From the IMG/VR virus record IMGVR_UViG_3300014893_000002, positions 1 through 30,764 of that record: DNA of 30,764 nucleotides; one strand, 5' to 3'. The DNA comes from a virus (Duplodnaviria; Heunggongvirae; Uroviricota; Caudoviricetes). A model generated the notes under the pieces. That model had not been told where the DNA came from and ran no database searches. It saw only the letters and a program-made list of their open reading frames with translations. How positions within the stretch are numbered: the stretch's first letter is position 1; each line of letters starts with the position of its first letter. The position numbers and the translations under genes were made by a program. Positions 18,235 through 26,922 of this stretch are shown piece after piece.

Positions 18235-18271
18235 AAAAATGGCCTGGATTTTACCAGGCCTTTATTATTTT
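18233..18271. terminator. bidirectional intrinsic terminator
   Basis: GGCCTGG-ATTTTA-CCAGGCC hairpin flanked by an A-run upstream and a T-run downstream; sits between convergent genes. Confidence 0.65.
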
Positions 18272-18518
18272 ACCGTTTCACGGGATCGCGCATTCTGCGC
18301 CTTATTTTCCACAGATATTCGATCATCGCTTCCACCTGTTCACGGTTGGTTGCGAAAATTTCCCCGGTCAGTGAGCTGCGCAGAAAATCATGATGATCCA
18401 CAACAAACAACGCATCGGAAGAAAGCAGACGGCGATATTTTTTTGCTGTCGTGGTTTCCAGATCATCAAAACCATGAAACTTTTTATGTTGCTGAACTTC
18501 TTCAAATGTCACAGGCAT
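18270..18518 (-). CDS. hypothetical protein
   Basis: 82 aa from ATG 18518 with a strong AGGAGG RBS; no recognisable family. Confidence 0.5.
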   Translation of the reverse strand: MPVTFEEVQQHKKFHGFDDLETTTAKKYRRLLSSDALFVVDHHDFLRSSLTGEIFATNREQVEAMIEYLWKIRRRMRDPVKR

Positions 18519-18563
18519 GTTTCCTCCTGCTACCACGATACCAGAAACAGTTAACAACCGTTA

Positions 18564-18767
18564 TCAATTATCCCTTTTTTTCGGGTAGTTCCTGAACATC
18601 TCACCGCCAGGTTTCTGTAAGCCCATCCCGGTATGTGTGCGGTTTATGGCCTCTTTCAGTATTCCGAAATTATCCGGTATGACTGGTTGGCGCGCTGCCT
18701 TACGGATACATTCAGCGCGACGCTTTGCCACCTGTTCGCGCTCCTTGTCAGTGCTCACCAGCCACAT
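18564..18767 (-). CDS. hypothetical protein
   Basis: 67 aa ORF upstream of 18270-18518 on the same strand; weak RBS. Confidence 0.3.
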   Translation of the reverse strand: MWLVSTDKEREQVAKRRAECIRKAARQPVIPDNFGILKEAINRTHTGMGLQKPGGEMFRNYPKKRDN

Positions 18768-18943
18768 AACATCAGCCCAACGTGCCGCTGCTCTCCGGTA
18801 CAGCTGAAGGGACGTAAGATAAATGAATGGTGATTCGTGAGATAATTTCGAACGGGAGTGGGTTAAAACGAATGCTACCGAATAATTTTATGAAATTGTT
18901 TTGCTGTATGTGAAACGGTAGCAGTTCACAAAAAACAGAGAAT

Positions 18944-19144
18944 ATGAGTGGTAAAATTTCTAATCCGTGTTCCGTGAATGGAGAAATATTGCCCATGCCC
19001 GATAAAAATAGCAACCCATCTGACTTTTCTGAAGATATGAAAGGATGCGTTACCTTTGAGTCAGAACGTTATGGACCATCAGGCGACTCATCAGATAACC
19101 GTTCTTCTCAGTCTGATGACGATGCACCGCCACCACGGGACTAA
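18944..19144 (+). CDS. small acidic Ser/Asp-rich hypothetical protein
   Basis: 66 aa ORF (possibly shorter from an internal Met) ending ..DSSDNRSSQSDDDAPPPRD; convergent with the membrane protein gene. Coding status uncertain. Confidence 0.25.
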   Translation: MSGKISNPCSVNGEILPMPDKNSNPSDFSEDMKGCVTFESERYGPSGDSSDNRSSQSDDDAPPPRD

Positions 19145-19785
19145 TCTTTCTGCCGTGCGCTAATGGCTTTATTTCTGGTTCGTCTGATCCTCACCATGGC
19201 AATCTGATCTGCAGGGATATAGGTTGCCATCGCTCCCCAGCTTTTACTTTCAACATCTTTTTCAATCCATTCATCGCGCCCCGGTTTCTTTTCATGAGTG
19301 ACATACATCACTATGTCTTTTTCCACTCCTAACACAAAAGAACCGCTGGCCTGGCCTTCAAATTTCCCCGGATTTTCAGAAAGCAGCACAGTACCATTCT
19401 TCAGATAGACATACGCCTCGCTGATATAGTATCCATGTTGATCAAACATACGCATCCAGGCAGAGGGGGTATCATCAGACCATGATATATCCTTATTTCT
19501 GAGGAATCTGTACATCCATTTACGCCCATATTTTCTCCATAATGCAGCGTATGCAAAAGCGCAAAGAAGTGTTGGAGGTGTCGCCAGCCACGAATTCAGA
19601 CCTGCCCACATAACAGCCTGGTAAACCATCATTGACAGCAAACCAAAAATCAGCGTCGAAAACGTCACCTCAATGGGTTTGTGATGGTTCTTCAGCCCCA
19701 CGTTCGCAATAAAATAGCCGATATAACCACTGGTGAGCGTCACCAGCGTTGCCCATGGCAGATTCAGCAAGGATGCATCAAACAT
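19141..19785 (-). CDS. integral membrane protein of unknown function
   Basis: 214 aa with several predicted N-terminal transmembrane helices and a soluble C-terminal domain; GGAGG RBS. Separated from the Mor-side genes by a terminator. Confidence 0.6.
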   Translation of the reverse strand: MFDASLLNLPWATLVTLTSGYIGYFIANVGLKNHHKPIEVTFSTLIFGLLSMMVYQAVMWAGLNSWLATPPTLLCAFAYAALWRKYGRKWMYRFLRNKDISWSDDTPSAWMRMFDQHGYYISEAYVYLKNGTVLLSENPGKFEGQASGSFVLGVEKDIVMYVTHEKKPGRDEWIEKDVESKSWGAMATYIPADQIAMVRIRRTRNKAISARQKD

Positions 19786-19817
19786 ATTTCCTCCGGTGAT
19801 ATGTTTTTCTGCCAGAA

Positions 19818-19853
19818 TAAAAAAAGCGCAACAGGTTATCCATTGCGCTTTTC
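19818..19853. terminator. bidirectional intrinsic terminator
   Basis: AAAAGCGCAA, an 11 nt loop, then TTGCGCTTTT; perfect 10 bp complement flanked by A and T runs. Confidence 0.5.
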
Positions 19854-19879
19854 ATAAACCGGGAATTTATTGACGTTCG

Positions 19880-20116
19880 TTAACACTTTGGTGGCGGTGG
19901 TGGTGGGTTACGTAAAACTTTCCCGTAATACAAAACACAATTTTCATCAGGCCCGATATGCAGGCGCGAGTTGTCAATCAGCCTGTCGCATTCCCGGAGA
20001 ACATATCTCGCCTCAGCAGAAGTCAGACCGTCAAAAAAATGCCGGATAATTTCCATCGCCATATCTGCATGGTCTGCCTTCTTCAGGGGGGCGCTGTTGG
20101 GGGTTTTATAGCGCAT
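19880..20116 (-). CDS. hypothetical protein (Pro-rich C-terminus)
   Basis: 78 aa from ATG 20116 with GAGG RBS; ends ..RNPPPPPPKC; immediately downstream of mor. Confidence 0.45.
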   Translation of the reverse strand: MRYKTPNSAPLKKADHADMAMEIIRHFFDGLTSAEARYVLRECDRLIDNSRLHIGPDENCVLYYGKVLRNPPPPPPKC

Positions 20117-20133
20117 TATCACCTCGCTTTTGA

Positions 20134-20520
20134 TTAATCCCGGCTGTCATCCGGTTCATCATCGTCTTCGAATAACTGTCCCTGCAACCGGCTGATTTCT
20201 TCCTTTCTTACGCGCTTCACCAGGTTGTAAATCCAGGGAACTGAAACCCTGAATCTGCGGGACAGTTCGTGGTGGTTACGTCCGTTAAACGCCTCATAGA
20301 TTTCACGGTCACGCTGGCTTATCTTCCATCTCATCCCCATAGGAAAATAAACGTTTTGCCCGCCCCAGACCTGCATCATGCGGTTCGCGACGGCCTGACC
20401 AATCTGGTCGGCAATTGCGGGCTCAATATCAATAATCTCGCGAACGGTCTCAGAGGTATGCTGTGCCAGTTCCACCAGGAGTTCCGGCCCTTTACTTCGA
20501 AACTGATTCAGGTCGCTCAT
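20134..20520 (-). CDS. mor: Mor-family transcriptional activator (phage Mu middle operon regulator-like)
   Basis: C-terminal region ..GGQNVYFPMG..REIYEAFNGRNHHELSRRFRVSVPWIYNLVKRVRK matches the Mu Mor/C family pattern (GGQ.VYIP.G .. FNGRN..EL...Y.V). Acidic C-terminal tail. Confidence 0.8.
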   Translation of the reverse strand: MSDLNQFRSKGPELLVELAQHTSETVREIIDIEPAIADQIGQAVANRMMQVWGGQNVYFPMGMRWKISQRDREIYEAFNGRNHHELSRRFRVSVPWIYNLVKRVRKEEISRLQGQLFEDDDEPDDSRD

Positions 20521-20944
20521 GTTTTACTCCCGCAGCTCTGCGCTGCCACTTCTTCAGTTTCTCAATAACACTGCTTGCCTGTTCAGTATTGAGCCAGCGC
20601 AGGGCGCTGATGCCCGTTTCCCGCTTGATCCACCGCGCTAATGCATTTTCTGAACGGTCACGAACAATGCCGGCAGCAGCCATTTCAAGCCATAGCGCAC
20701 GAATTTTCCTGGACTGCGGATGGTTATCCAGCGGTAAACCGGAGCTGGCTTTTCTGGCAGGCTTAACGCGAAAGCCTTTCCTTTTCATGGATTCCAGCAC
20801 GCAGTTTAGTTGTGTGGTATCCATTCCTTTGGTTGAGGCTTTACCGGTCAGCCCCTGTAACATCTGGCGGTAGGTGTCTTCATCCATACCCAGTTCATTA
20901 CGGGCAATATGAATGAGCTGGATAAGACGTTGTTTAGTCATCAT
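20492..20944 (-). CDS. gemA: GemA / Mu gp16-like protein (DUF1018)
   Basis: MTKQRLIQLIHIARNELGMDEDTYRQMLQGLTGKAS.. is typical of Mu gp16/GemA-like proteins; AAGGAG RBS upstream of ATG 20944. Confidence 0.65.
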   Translation of the reverse strand: MMTKQRLIQLIHIARNELGMDEDTYRQMLQGLTGKASTKGMDTTQLNCVLESMKRKGFRVKPARKASSGLPLDNHPQSRKIRALWLEMAAAGIVRDRSENALARWIKRETGISALRWLNTEQASSVIEKLKKWQRRAAGVKHERPESVSK

Positions 20945-21149
20945 CGTTGCTCCTTTTACCTGCGCCACCGATATAATCGACATATAAAGGAAGCGCCACA
21001 GGCCAGCACAGGAACATCACCGACCAGCTAATCCAGTAGCCGGCACCACTGTAACGTGAATAAAACCCTGAACGGCGGTGCAGTTCAGCAGTACACCAAC
21101 CGACAAAACAATACCAGAACAGGGCACATACAACAGATTCAGCCGTCAT
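20934..21149 (-). CDS. small membrane protein
   Basis: About 71 aa from ATG 21149, hydrophobic (..VVCALFWYCFVGW.., ..WSVMFLCWPVALPLY..). Confidence 0.4.
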   Translation of the reverse strand: MTAESVVCALFWYCFVGWCTAELHRRSGFYSRYSGAGYWISWSVMFLCWPVALPLYVDYIGGAGKRSNDDD

Positions 21150-21369
21150 TCTGAATATCCCCCCAACTGATATGAATATTACGGGCAGCAATGACAGGGT
21201 CGTTATTCCACCATGCACCTGACATGTATTTTTCAACCTGTTCGCGTCCGGCAATAACACCAATTGTGATCCCCGGCCTGACGTTCTTAAAAAAGGCGCG
21301 GGCAAAAAGGTATCTGGCAGATATTCGGCAGGCTTTTAATTTCCGGCTGTTACCTGATAGCGTAATCAT
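21139..21369 (-). CDS. hypothetical protein
   Basis: 76 aa; ATG overlaps the stop of the upstream gene (ATGA), consistent with an operon. Confidence 0.4.
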   Translation of the reverse strand: MITLSGNSRKLKACRISARYLFARAFFKNVRPGITIGVIAGREQVEKYMSGAWWNNDPVIAARNIHISWGDIQNDG

Positions 21370-22049
21370 CTGGCCTCCAGTTTCTGTTGTTCCTGCCCAC
21401 TGACCGGGCGGTGCAGTCTGACGTTCTGCCCTTCACGAAACCCCGCATAGCGCGAGGCGTCGCCATTGCGGCTTCTTCCCGGTTTACGCGCCCTGGTGGT
21501 TTGCGTTTGCGGGTATTTATGTTCCAGCCACTGTTGCATCAGTTCACGCTCATCATCGGTCAGGGCAAAGGACTGTATTTCACTGATAACGGCCAGTACC
21601 CAGCCTTCAGCAAACTGGTCTCCACGGCTGGTACGGGTGGCGTTTTTTATTCTTTTGTTCTGTGCGCTGATATACTGCTGACGCGCCTTTTTCAGCTGGC
21701 GGACCAGCACTTCCCAGGTGTACGCAGCCAGTGCCGCTCGTTCCCGGTTACCGTAGAACCCCACAGACGGATGCGTGCCGGGGTGAATGATGGAGTTAAC
21801 ACCAAATGCCTCGCGGATGATGTTCATCAGGCCCAGCATGTAGCGCGGTGGACGGAGACTGCCTGTCGGCCAGTAATGACTGATGGTTTCATCAATATCA
21901 CTCATAGCAATGTCGGAATGTGTGATGCCGTGAACATCCATCAGTTTACGGGCTCGGCGCAGTGCCAGAGCGGCCTCGTGCGGGTTGCCGGATGCGGCCA
22001 GCGCCAGCAACTTTTTCAGTTTCTCAATGTGTTTATTCTGGTCTGTCAT
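21366..22049 (-). CDS. DUF2786-like phage protein
   Basis: N-terminus MTDQNKHIEKLKKLLALAASGNPHEAALALRRA.. resembles DUF2786-type proteins common in prophage early regions; start set at ATG 22049. Confidence 0.5.
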   Translation of the reverse strand: MTDQNKHIEKLKKLLALAASGNPHEAALALRRARKLMDVHGITHSDIAMSDIDETISHYWPTGSLRPPRYMLGLMNIIREAFGVNSIIHPGTHPSVGFYGNRERAALAAYTWEVLVRQLKKARQQYISAQNKRIKNATRTSRGDQFAEGWVLAVISEIQSFALTDDERELMQQWLEHKYPQTQTTRARKPGRSRNGDASRYAGFREGQNVRLHRPVSGQEQQKLEAR

Positions 22050-22261
22050 TGTTCTGTATCTCCGGTATTTTTCTGCCGTTTCCATGCCCGGACAGCGTCG
22101 GACAGCTCTTTCAGGCTGTATGCTGCTTTAAGCTTTTCCCATAACCACTGTGTTGTTATGTGCATCAGCAGGGCAGCCAGGGCTGCCCCCGCACTGAGGC
22201 ATGTCGCCAGGCCAGTAAGAATCAGTGTCCATGCGGTGATTTCCCTGAGTATGTCAGCCAT
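22046..22261 (-). CDS. small membrane protein
   Basis: 71 aa with a central hydrophobic helix (..WTLILTGLATCLSAGAALAALLM..). Confidence 0.4.
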   Translation of the reverse strand: MADILREITAWTLILTGLATCLSAGAALAALLMHITTQWLWEKLKAAYSLKELSDAVRAWKRQKNTGDTEQ

Positions 22262-22275
22262 TGAATGCCTCCCGG

Positions 22276-22572
22276 TTACTCGTTCGTGTAAATCACGCCC
22301 AGTCGTGCAGCCAGACGTTCCAGTTTTTTCTGTTTGTGGAAGTCAATCAGCCGGTCCATCCCCTGAAGGCGCAGTTGCTCTGTCATGATTTCCACGTCTG
22401 CCAGCTCTGCCGCGAGGTCACTTTCGCTGCCCTGTCCGTTCAGGTTGCGGGCGGCACTGGCCGCCAGTTCAGCGGCCTCTTCTGTCAGTTTCAGGGCCTG
22501 TGCGTCCGGCCCGAAACGCTGCAGGGCCAGACGGTAGAGGGCGGTGCGGGTGAGTTCGGTGTTTCGTGTCAT
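22276..22572 (-). CDS. MazG-like nucleotide pyrophosphohydrolase domain protein (putative)
   Basis: 98 aa with ..LTEEAAELAASAA.. and ..AAELADVEIMTEQL.. resembling the EExxE/ELADV helices of small MazG-like proteins. Tentative. Confidence 0.4.
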   Translation of the reverse strand: MTRNTELTRTALYRLALQRFGPDAQALKLTEEAAELAASAARNLNGQGSESDLAAELADVEIMTEQLRLQGMDRLIDFHKQKKLERLAARLGVIYTNE

Positions 22573-22581
22573 GCCGCGCCC

Positions 22582-22854
22582 TCAGTGCTTCCGGCTGACG
22601 GTGATGTGCAGGCCGCCTTCTGCAGTGGTTTCCATCCGGTACGGCACCTCATGCTCTGCCGTGTGGGTGAGTGTGTTCATCAGTACCTGCAGGGCAGCCT
22701 CCTTTCCGTTGGTCGCCACAATGGCCTGTGTGGCCATGCTGATTAGCGCCGTCAGGACGTGCTTCACATCGGTGAGGTCGCGGCATTCACACTCGTTGAC
22801 ATAGTGTTCAACAAGAGTTCGGGTGCGCTGTCGTGCTTCCTGTGGGGTAATCAT
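22582..22854 (-). CDS. hypothetical protein
   Basis: 90 aa ORF within the early operon; no recognisable family. Confidence 0.4.
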   Translation of the reverse strand: MITPQEARQRTRTLVEHYVNECECRDLTDVKHVLTALISMATQAIVATNGKEAALQVLMNTLTHTAEHEVPYRMETTAEGGLHITVSRKH

Positions 22855-23045
22855 TGCGCGTCCTCCCTGTCAGGGCGGGAGAATTCTATGACGGGCACGT
22901 CCGCCGAAAAATGCTGGCTGCAGTACGGGCAGACCAGGGTGACACGTACTGCAGGTATGTGATACTTACCGGACATCACGGCGATGGCGCTGTGAAAACG
23001 CAGGGCTGTTATATCCCTCTCGCACTGAATACATTTAAATATCAT
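22851..23045 (-). CDS. small zinc-ribbon protein
   Basis: 64 aa with paired CxxC motifs (C5/C8 and C39/C42); GAGGAG RBS. Confidence 0.45.
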   Translation of the reverse strand: MIFKCIQCERDITALRFHSAIAVMSGKYHIPAVRVTLVCPYCSQHFSADVPVIEFSRPDREDAQ

Positions 23046-23142
23046 AATTTAATTCTCCTCTGTTTCCGGCGTGCAGAAGCCCACGGCGCTGACGCCGGAA
23101 TAAAAAAGAAAATGTTTTTATTAAATAATTAACGTGGTGTGT

Positions 23143-23673
23143 TTACTGCACATCCTGCTCAAAAGGAATTATTGAAAAATCCTCAATATCACTTTTTATG
23201 GTAATACCGGGAATATTTTTCACAGCCTCTTTTTCATTCAGAATGGCATCTTTATTTATTTCCTCCTTTACACGAATAAAGCGCTCAAGCCCCAGACGTC
23301 TCAGCAGTTCAATGACATTATCCGCCCCGCGAATGCTGACTGACGGCGGACGGTTTCGCCACTGCACCTCGCCGGTGGTGAGGTTAGCGAACTTCACCTT
23401 CCCGTTGCCGGTCAGTTCATCACGGTGCGCCTCACACCATGTCTGGATACCGGACTGCAGTTCGGCCATGCGTTTTTTCAGGCTCTCGGTGAGCGGGGCA
23501 TAACGTGCAGTGATGTCGCCAATGGTGTCATTCATTTCTGTTTCAGCCCTGACCAGTTCACGTTGCGCGTCACCAAGCAGTCTGATTCCCTCAATGACCT
23601 CTTCGCGTGTCCCCGGCACCCAGAGTGCTGCTGCGGCTTTGATACGTTTTGCCCCTTTTGTACTTTTTGCCAT
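23143..23673 (-). CDS. gam: host-nuclease inhibitor protein Gam (phage Mu Gam-like)
   Basis: 176 aa; near-colinear similarity to Mu Gam as recalled (MAK..KRIK.AAA..VP, ..WCEA.RDELT..GKVK.ANL.TG.V.WR.RPPSVSIRG.., ..GIT.KS.IEDFSIIPFEQ). Confidence 0.85.
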   Translation of the reverse strand: MAKSTKGAKRIKAAAALWVPGTREEVIEGIRLLGDAQRELVRAETEMNDTIGDITARYAPLTESLKKRMAELQSGIQTWCEAHRDELTGNGKVKFANLTTGEVQWRNRPPSVSIRGADNVIELLRRLGLERFIRVKEEINKDAILNEKEAVKNIPGITIKSDIEDFSIIPFEQDVQ

Positions 23674-23700
23674 ATTTTATGACTCCTCCTGTTGTGCTGA

Positions 23701-23970
23701 TTACCACAAAGATTCCGGCCACACGACGCGACAGCCGTGCAGTTCGAAAACGCCCTGACGGAAATATCCCCTGTGGTCATGTCCGGTATACAGATAACAG
23801 GCCTTTCCCTGCTCAAGCATGCGCATGCAATGCGCACTCCTGGAAACACGGATGACAGGTTTGTTACCCCTGATGGTGATGCTTTGTACATCCGTGTTCG
23901 TCGCCTTAAGCGCCATAATGGCTGACTGCACTTTACTGATTTGCTGGTTGATACCTGTGGTGGATTTCAT
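23701..23970 (-). CDS. hypothetical protein
   Basis: 89 aa ORF between the B-like ATPase and gam; no recognisable family. Confidence 0.4.
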   Translation of the reverse strand: MKSTTGINQQISKVQSAIMALKATNTDVQSITIRGNKPVIRVSRSAHCMRMLEQGKACYLYTGHDHRGYFRQGVFELHGCRVVWPESLW

Positions 23971-23972
23971 TA

Positions 23973-25139
23973 TTAAACCCCTTTGACAACGTCAGCGTTG
24001 ACCTGTGGAGCCCCGATTTCAGCGGCCAGATTCATGGCGGCTATTACCAGGTTACTGACGGCCAGCGGATACAGCAGGCTGACCATATTTTTACGATGAC
24101 TTCCCGGATTGCTCAGGCGGGGACGTATGGCATCCACTGCGCTGGCGTCCATAATGTCCGTCAGTTGTTTACCGGCCCGTTGCAGTTTGAACGTCAGAAA
24201 CTCTTCAAGGTGATTGTCCAGAGGCAGAAGTTCGACCACCTCACAGCGCTGAACGACTTCGCGGACTTCCATATTGCGTTCAGACAGTTTTGTCGCCAGT
24301 TCCGGCTGGCCAATCAGCACGATGGACAGCAGTTTTTTAAAACCGGACTCCAGCTCAAAAAAGCGTTTGAGGTGTTTCAGTGTCGGAATGGGCAGACTGT
24401 GGGCCTCCTCAATCACCAGAACGTGGCTGAACCCCGCCTGGCTGCTGTCTTTCAGGACGCGATGCAACTGGCGAAAGCGGGCGTCCTGACTGCGTCTGAT
24501 GCTTTCCAGTGGTGCGATGGTACTGATAATGGCTTCGGCAATCGCTGCTGCCTTCAGGGTTTTCCCTTTCACATCGTTGTCTTCCATAGCGATGATGTAT
24601 GGCTCGATAACAATTACCGGCGCATTCTCGCGGTTGATACGTTCAGTCAGGTCGCGGCGCAGCGTGGATTTACCCGCACCGGACTCACCGATGACGGCCA
24701 TAAACCCACCATGACGGGCTGTCTGGTACAACGCCTCACGCACGTAGCGAATGTCCGGGGTGGTGAACACATCATCAGAACCCTGCATGGCTTCGTCGGC
24801 GAACGGGTCACGGAAAAGACCAAACGCTTTTTTGGTTGCTGGAAATAACACCTGTTTTTTGAGTAACATATTCTCTTCCTCACTGAGGCTCGTTTTATCT
24901 GTGGTACCCGCTGTACGGGGCGTGGCCGCGCCCTGTACAGCATCAAAACTCTTCGTTGTATCAATCCCCTGACTTTCCAGCCAGGACGCAAGACGCCGGC
25001 GCACTTCTCCGGGACTGGTGCGGGGCCACGCGTTATGATTCACAATCTGGGCCAGCGTGGCCTCAGAAACATCGACAGCTCTCGCCACCACCGCCTGTGG
25101 AATACGGGCCTCTTTCAGTTGCTGCTTCAGTACCAGCAT
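23973..25139 (-). CDS. transposition ATPase (MuB/TniB-like AAA+ protein)
   Basis: N-terminal HTH-like segment, Walker A GESGAGKST and Walker B ..HVLVIEEAH; immediately downstream of the DDE transposase. Start set at ATG 25139 with GGAGG RBS. Confidence 0.7.
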   Translation of the reverse strand: MLVLKQQLKEARIPQAVVARAVDVSEATLAQIVNHNAWPRTSPGEVRRRLASWLESQGIDTTKSFDAVQGAATPRTAGTTDKTSLSEEENMLLKKQVLFPATKKAFGLFRDPFADEAMQGSDDVFTTPDIRYVREALYQTARHGGFMAVIGESGAGKSTLRRDLTERINRENAPVIVIEPYIIAMEDNDVKGKTLKAAAIAEAIISTIAPLESIRRSQDARFRQLHRVLKDSSQAGFSHVLVIEEAHSLPIPTLKHLKRFFELESGFKKLLSIVLIGQPELATKLSERNMEVREVVQRCEVVELLPLDNHLEEFLTFKLQRAGKQLTDIMDASAVDAIRPRLSNPGSHRKNMVSLLYPLAVSNLVIAAMNLAAEIGAPQVNADVVKGV

Positions 25140-25149
25140 GTATCCCTCC

Positions 25150-26919
25150 TCAGTTGCCGTTAACAATGCTGATAACGCTGCTGCGGGCCGGCGTGGTCAG
25201 CGTGGCCATGACTTCATCCAGTGCGGCTTCCGGTACGCCGTCCGGGTACTGTGCCGTTAACTGGCGGTAATGTTCCGGCGTCCAGGTAAGGCCGTCGGCG
25301 CTGAACTTATCGCGCAGGGCTTTCGCGGCCTCCACATGAGTCATGGGACGTTGTTCAGTGCGCGGCCCGCGTACGTCAGAGGCCTGACCACGCTTCGGCA
25401 TATAGGCCGGAAGTGTGGTGTCGTCGATATGTTTATACGGGTCAAGCCGCCCGCCGAACGGCAGCGCCTTCGCCTTGCGTGCGGCGGCTGCATCTGCAGC
25501 GTTGTCTGTACCGGTAACCAGCGCTTCAGTTTCTTTTGCCGCCATCTGTGCCGAGGTTTCCGGCAGGGCTTTGTAACTTTCGCCAAATACCGCCGCGCCT
25601 TCAGCAAAGCCAAACTCGTTCTTTCTGACCTCTTCGACCAGGAAGAACGTCTCGTGGCCGTCCTCACCGGTCAGAACCACCTGTGCCACATCGCTGCGCC
25701 ACGGGTTACGGGTAATCATCAGTTTTTCACCAACCAGTACGCCCGGTACCGTTGATACGTCAAATTCAGTGCCCCGGAACGAGACACGAAGTTTTGGCGT
25801 GACTTTGCGGAGTTCTGGTGCCGCCACAGCCAGTTCACGACATACCTCAACGGAAGGCGCTTTTTTCAGCTGCTCAGCAGTAATCTTCAGCCAGATATCC
25901 GTGCGGGTTTTACCGTGGCGGCTGTGAACAGCCGTGGCGTTAAAGTGGCTGCGCCATTTCGCGGCCAGCGCGTTGAGTTCTTCCAGACTGTGAACCGGCC
26001 GGAACTTCAGACCCGGCTCCAGCTTGCGTTCGATAATGTCCCGCGCCTTTTCCACCTGTCCGGTGGCGCGGGCGTTATGCGGCTTGTGCGCTATCAGGTC
26101 GATGCCCAGTGAGCGGCACATGTTTTTCGTCATACCCGCGGTGTTTGCCGAGCCGGGGTCGAGATAGAGTATTTTCGGCACACCGTGCAGCACGTCTGCG
26201 CCGCCACGCTCCTGCATGGCGTTGATAAGCACAGAACACAGGTTCTCACCTGATTCCGCGCCCGTCACATACTCAACGTAAATCCAGCCGCTGGCATGGT
26301 CGGTAATCTCGTAACTCCACACGCGGTCACTGGCGATACGGGCAAGGTTAGCGGGCTTGTTCTTGTAGAACTTCGCGCTGTCCATCACCTGCAGCCCTTT
26401 ATGTCCATTGCTCAGGTAGTAAAGCGTGCAGAGTGAGGCGTCAATCTGCCAGACATGATTGGGATGCAGACTGGCCACTTCGGTATGTGGTGCAGGGGCA
26501 TCCAGTTGTTCCGGGTGCAGGCCATAGTTACGCAGGGCACGACTGATGGCATCTTCGGACAACGGGAAAAACTCACCGGTGGTTTCATCTGTTCTGCCTG
26601 CGGTGATAAAGCCGTTAGCCCGCAGGGTTTCCACTGCATCTGCGATGGAATAGAGACGCTTACCGTTCTTGCGGGTGGCCTCACGCAGTGTGGCAGATAT
26701 CAGCGCGGCTTCGTCGCGGGTCAGGGCGCTGCGCCCGGCATCGGCGCGTTTTTTGCGTTTATCAGTCACAGATACCTCCTTCAGCCTGCGCAGCAGAGTG
26801 GCGCGGGACATGCCAAGTTCAGCACAGGCAGCGTCGTATATTGCACCGCGTTTACCATGCCCCGCGTCACGTGCCGCGCGGGCGACATAAACCAGTCGTT
26901 CAGTCAGGGCAGCATTCAT
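25150..26919 (-). CDS. DDE transposase (Mu A-like, rve/integrase core)
   Basis: 589 aa with an N-terminal HTH region and integrase-core motifs (..HVWQIDASL.., ..ILYLDPGSANTAG.., then an E-containing helix); paired with the AAA+ ATPase gene as in Mu A/B. Confidence 0.75.
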   Translation of the reverse strand: MNAALTERLVYVARAARDAGHGKRGAIYDAACAELGMSRATLLRRLKEVSVTDKRKKRADAGRSALTRDEAALISATLREATRKNGKRLYSIADAVETLRANGFITAGRTDETTGEFFPLSEDAISRALRNYGLHPEQLDAPAPHTEVASLHPNHVWQIDASLCTLYYLSNGHKGLQVMDSAKFYKNKPANLARIASDRVWSYEITDHASGWIYVEYVTGAESGENLCSVLINAMQERGGADVLHGVPKILYLDPGSANTAGMTKNMCRSLGIDLIAHKPHNARATGQVEKARDIIERKLEPGLKFRPVHSLEELNALAAKWRSHFNATAVHSRHGKTRTDIWLKITAEQLKKAPSVEVCRELAVAAPELRKVTPKLRVSFRGTEFDVSTVPGVLVGEKLMITRNPWRSDVAQVVLTGEDGHETFFLVEEVRKNEFGFAEGAAVFGESYKALPETSAQMAAKETEALVTGTDNAADAAAARKAKALPFGGRLDPYKHIDDTTLPAYMPKRGQASDVRGPRTEQRPMTHVEAAKALRDKFSADGLTWTPEHYRQLTAQYPDGVPEAALDEVMATLTTPARSSVISIVNGN

Positions 26920-26922
26920 TGG

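Noticed and set aside
21387-22388. Long plus-strand ORF (333 aa) and other plus-strand ORFs inside the early region (for example 24096-24848, 26455-26970, 25270-25755)
   Set aside because: They lie antisense to well-supported minus-strand genes (DUF2786-like, B-like ATPase, transposase), have no RBS or recognisable domains, and are typical of spurious open frames in GC-rich DNA.
23046-23142. Inverted repeat TTCCGGCGT .. ACGCCGGAA between gam and the zinc-ribbon gene, considered as a terminator
   Set aside because: 9 bp stem with a 19 nt loop and no U-run on the transcribed (minus) strand; more likely a weak structure or binding site than a terminator.
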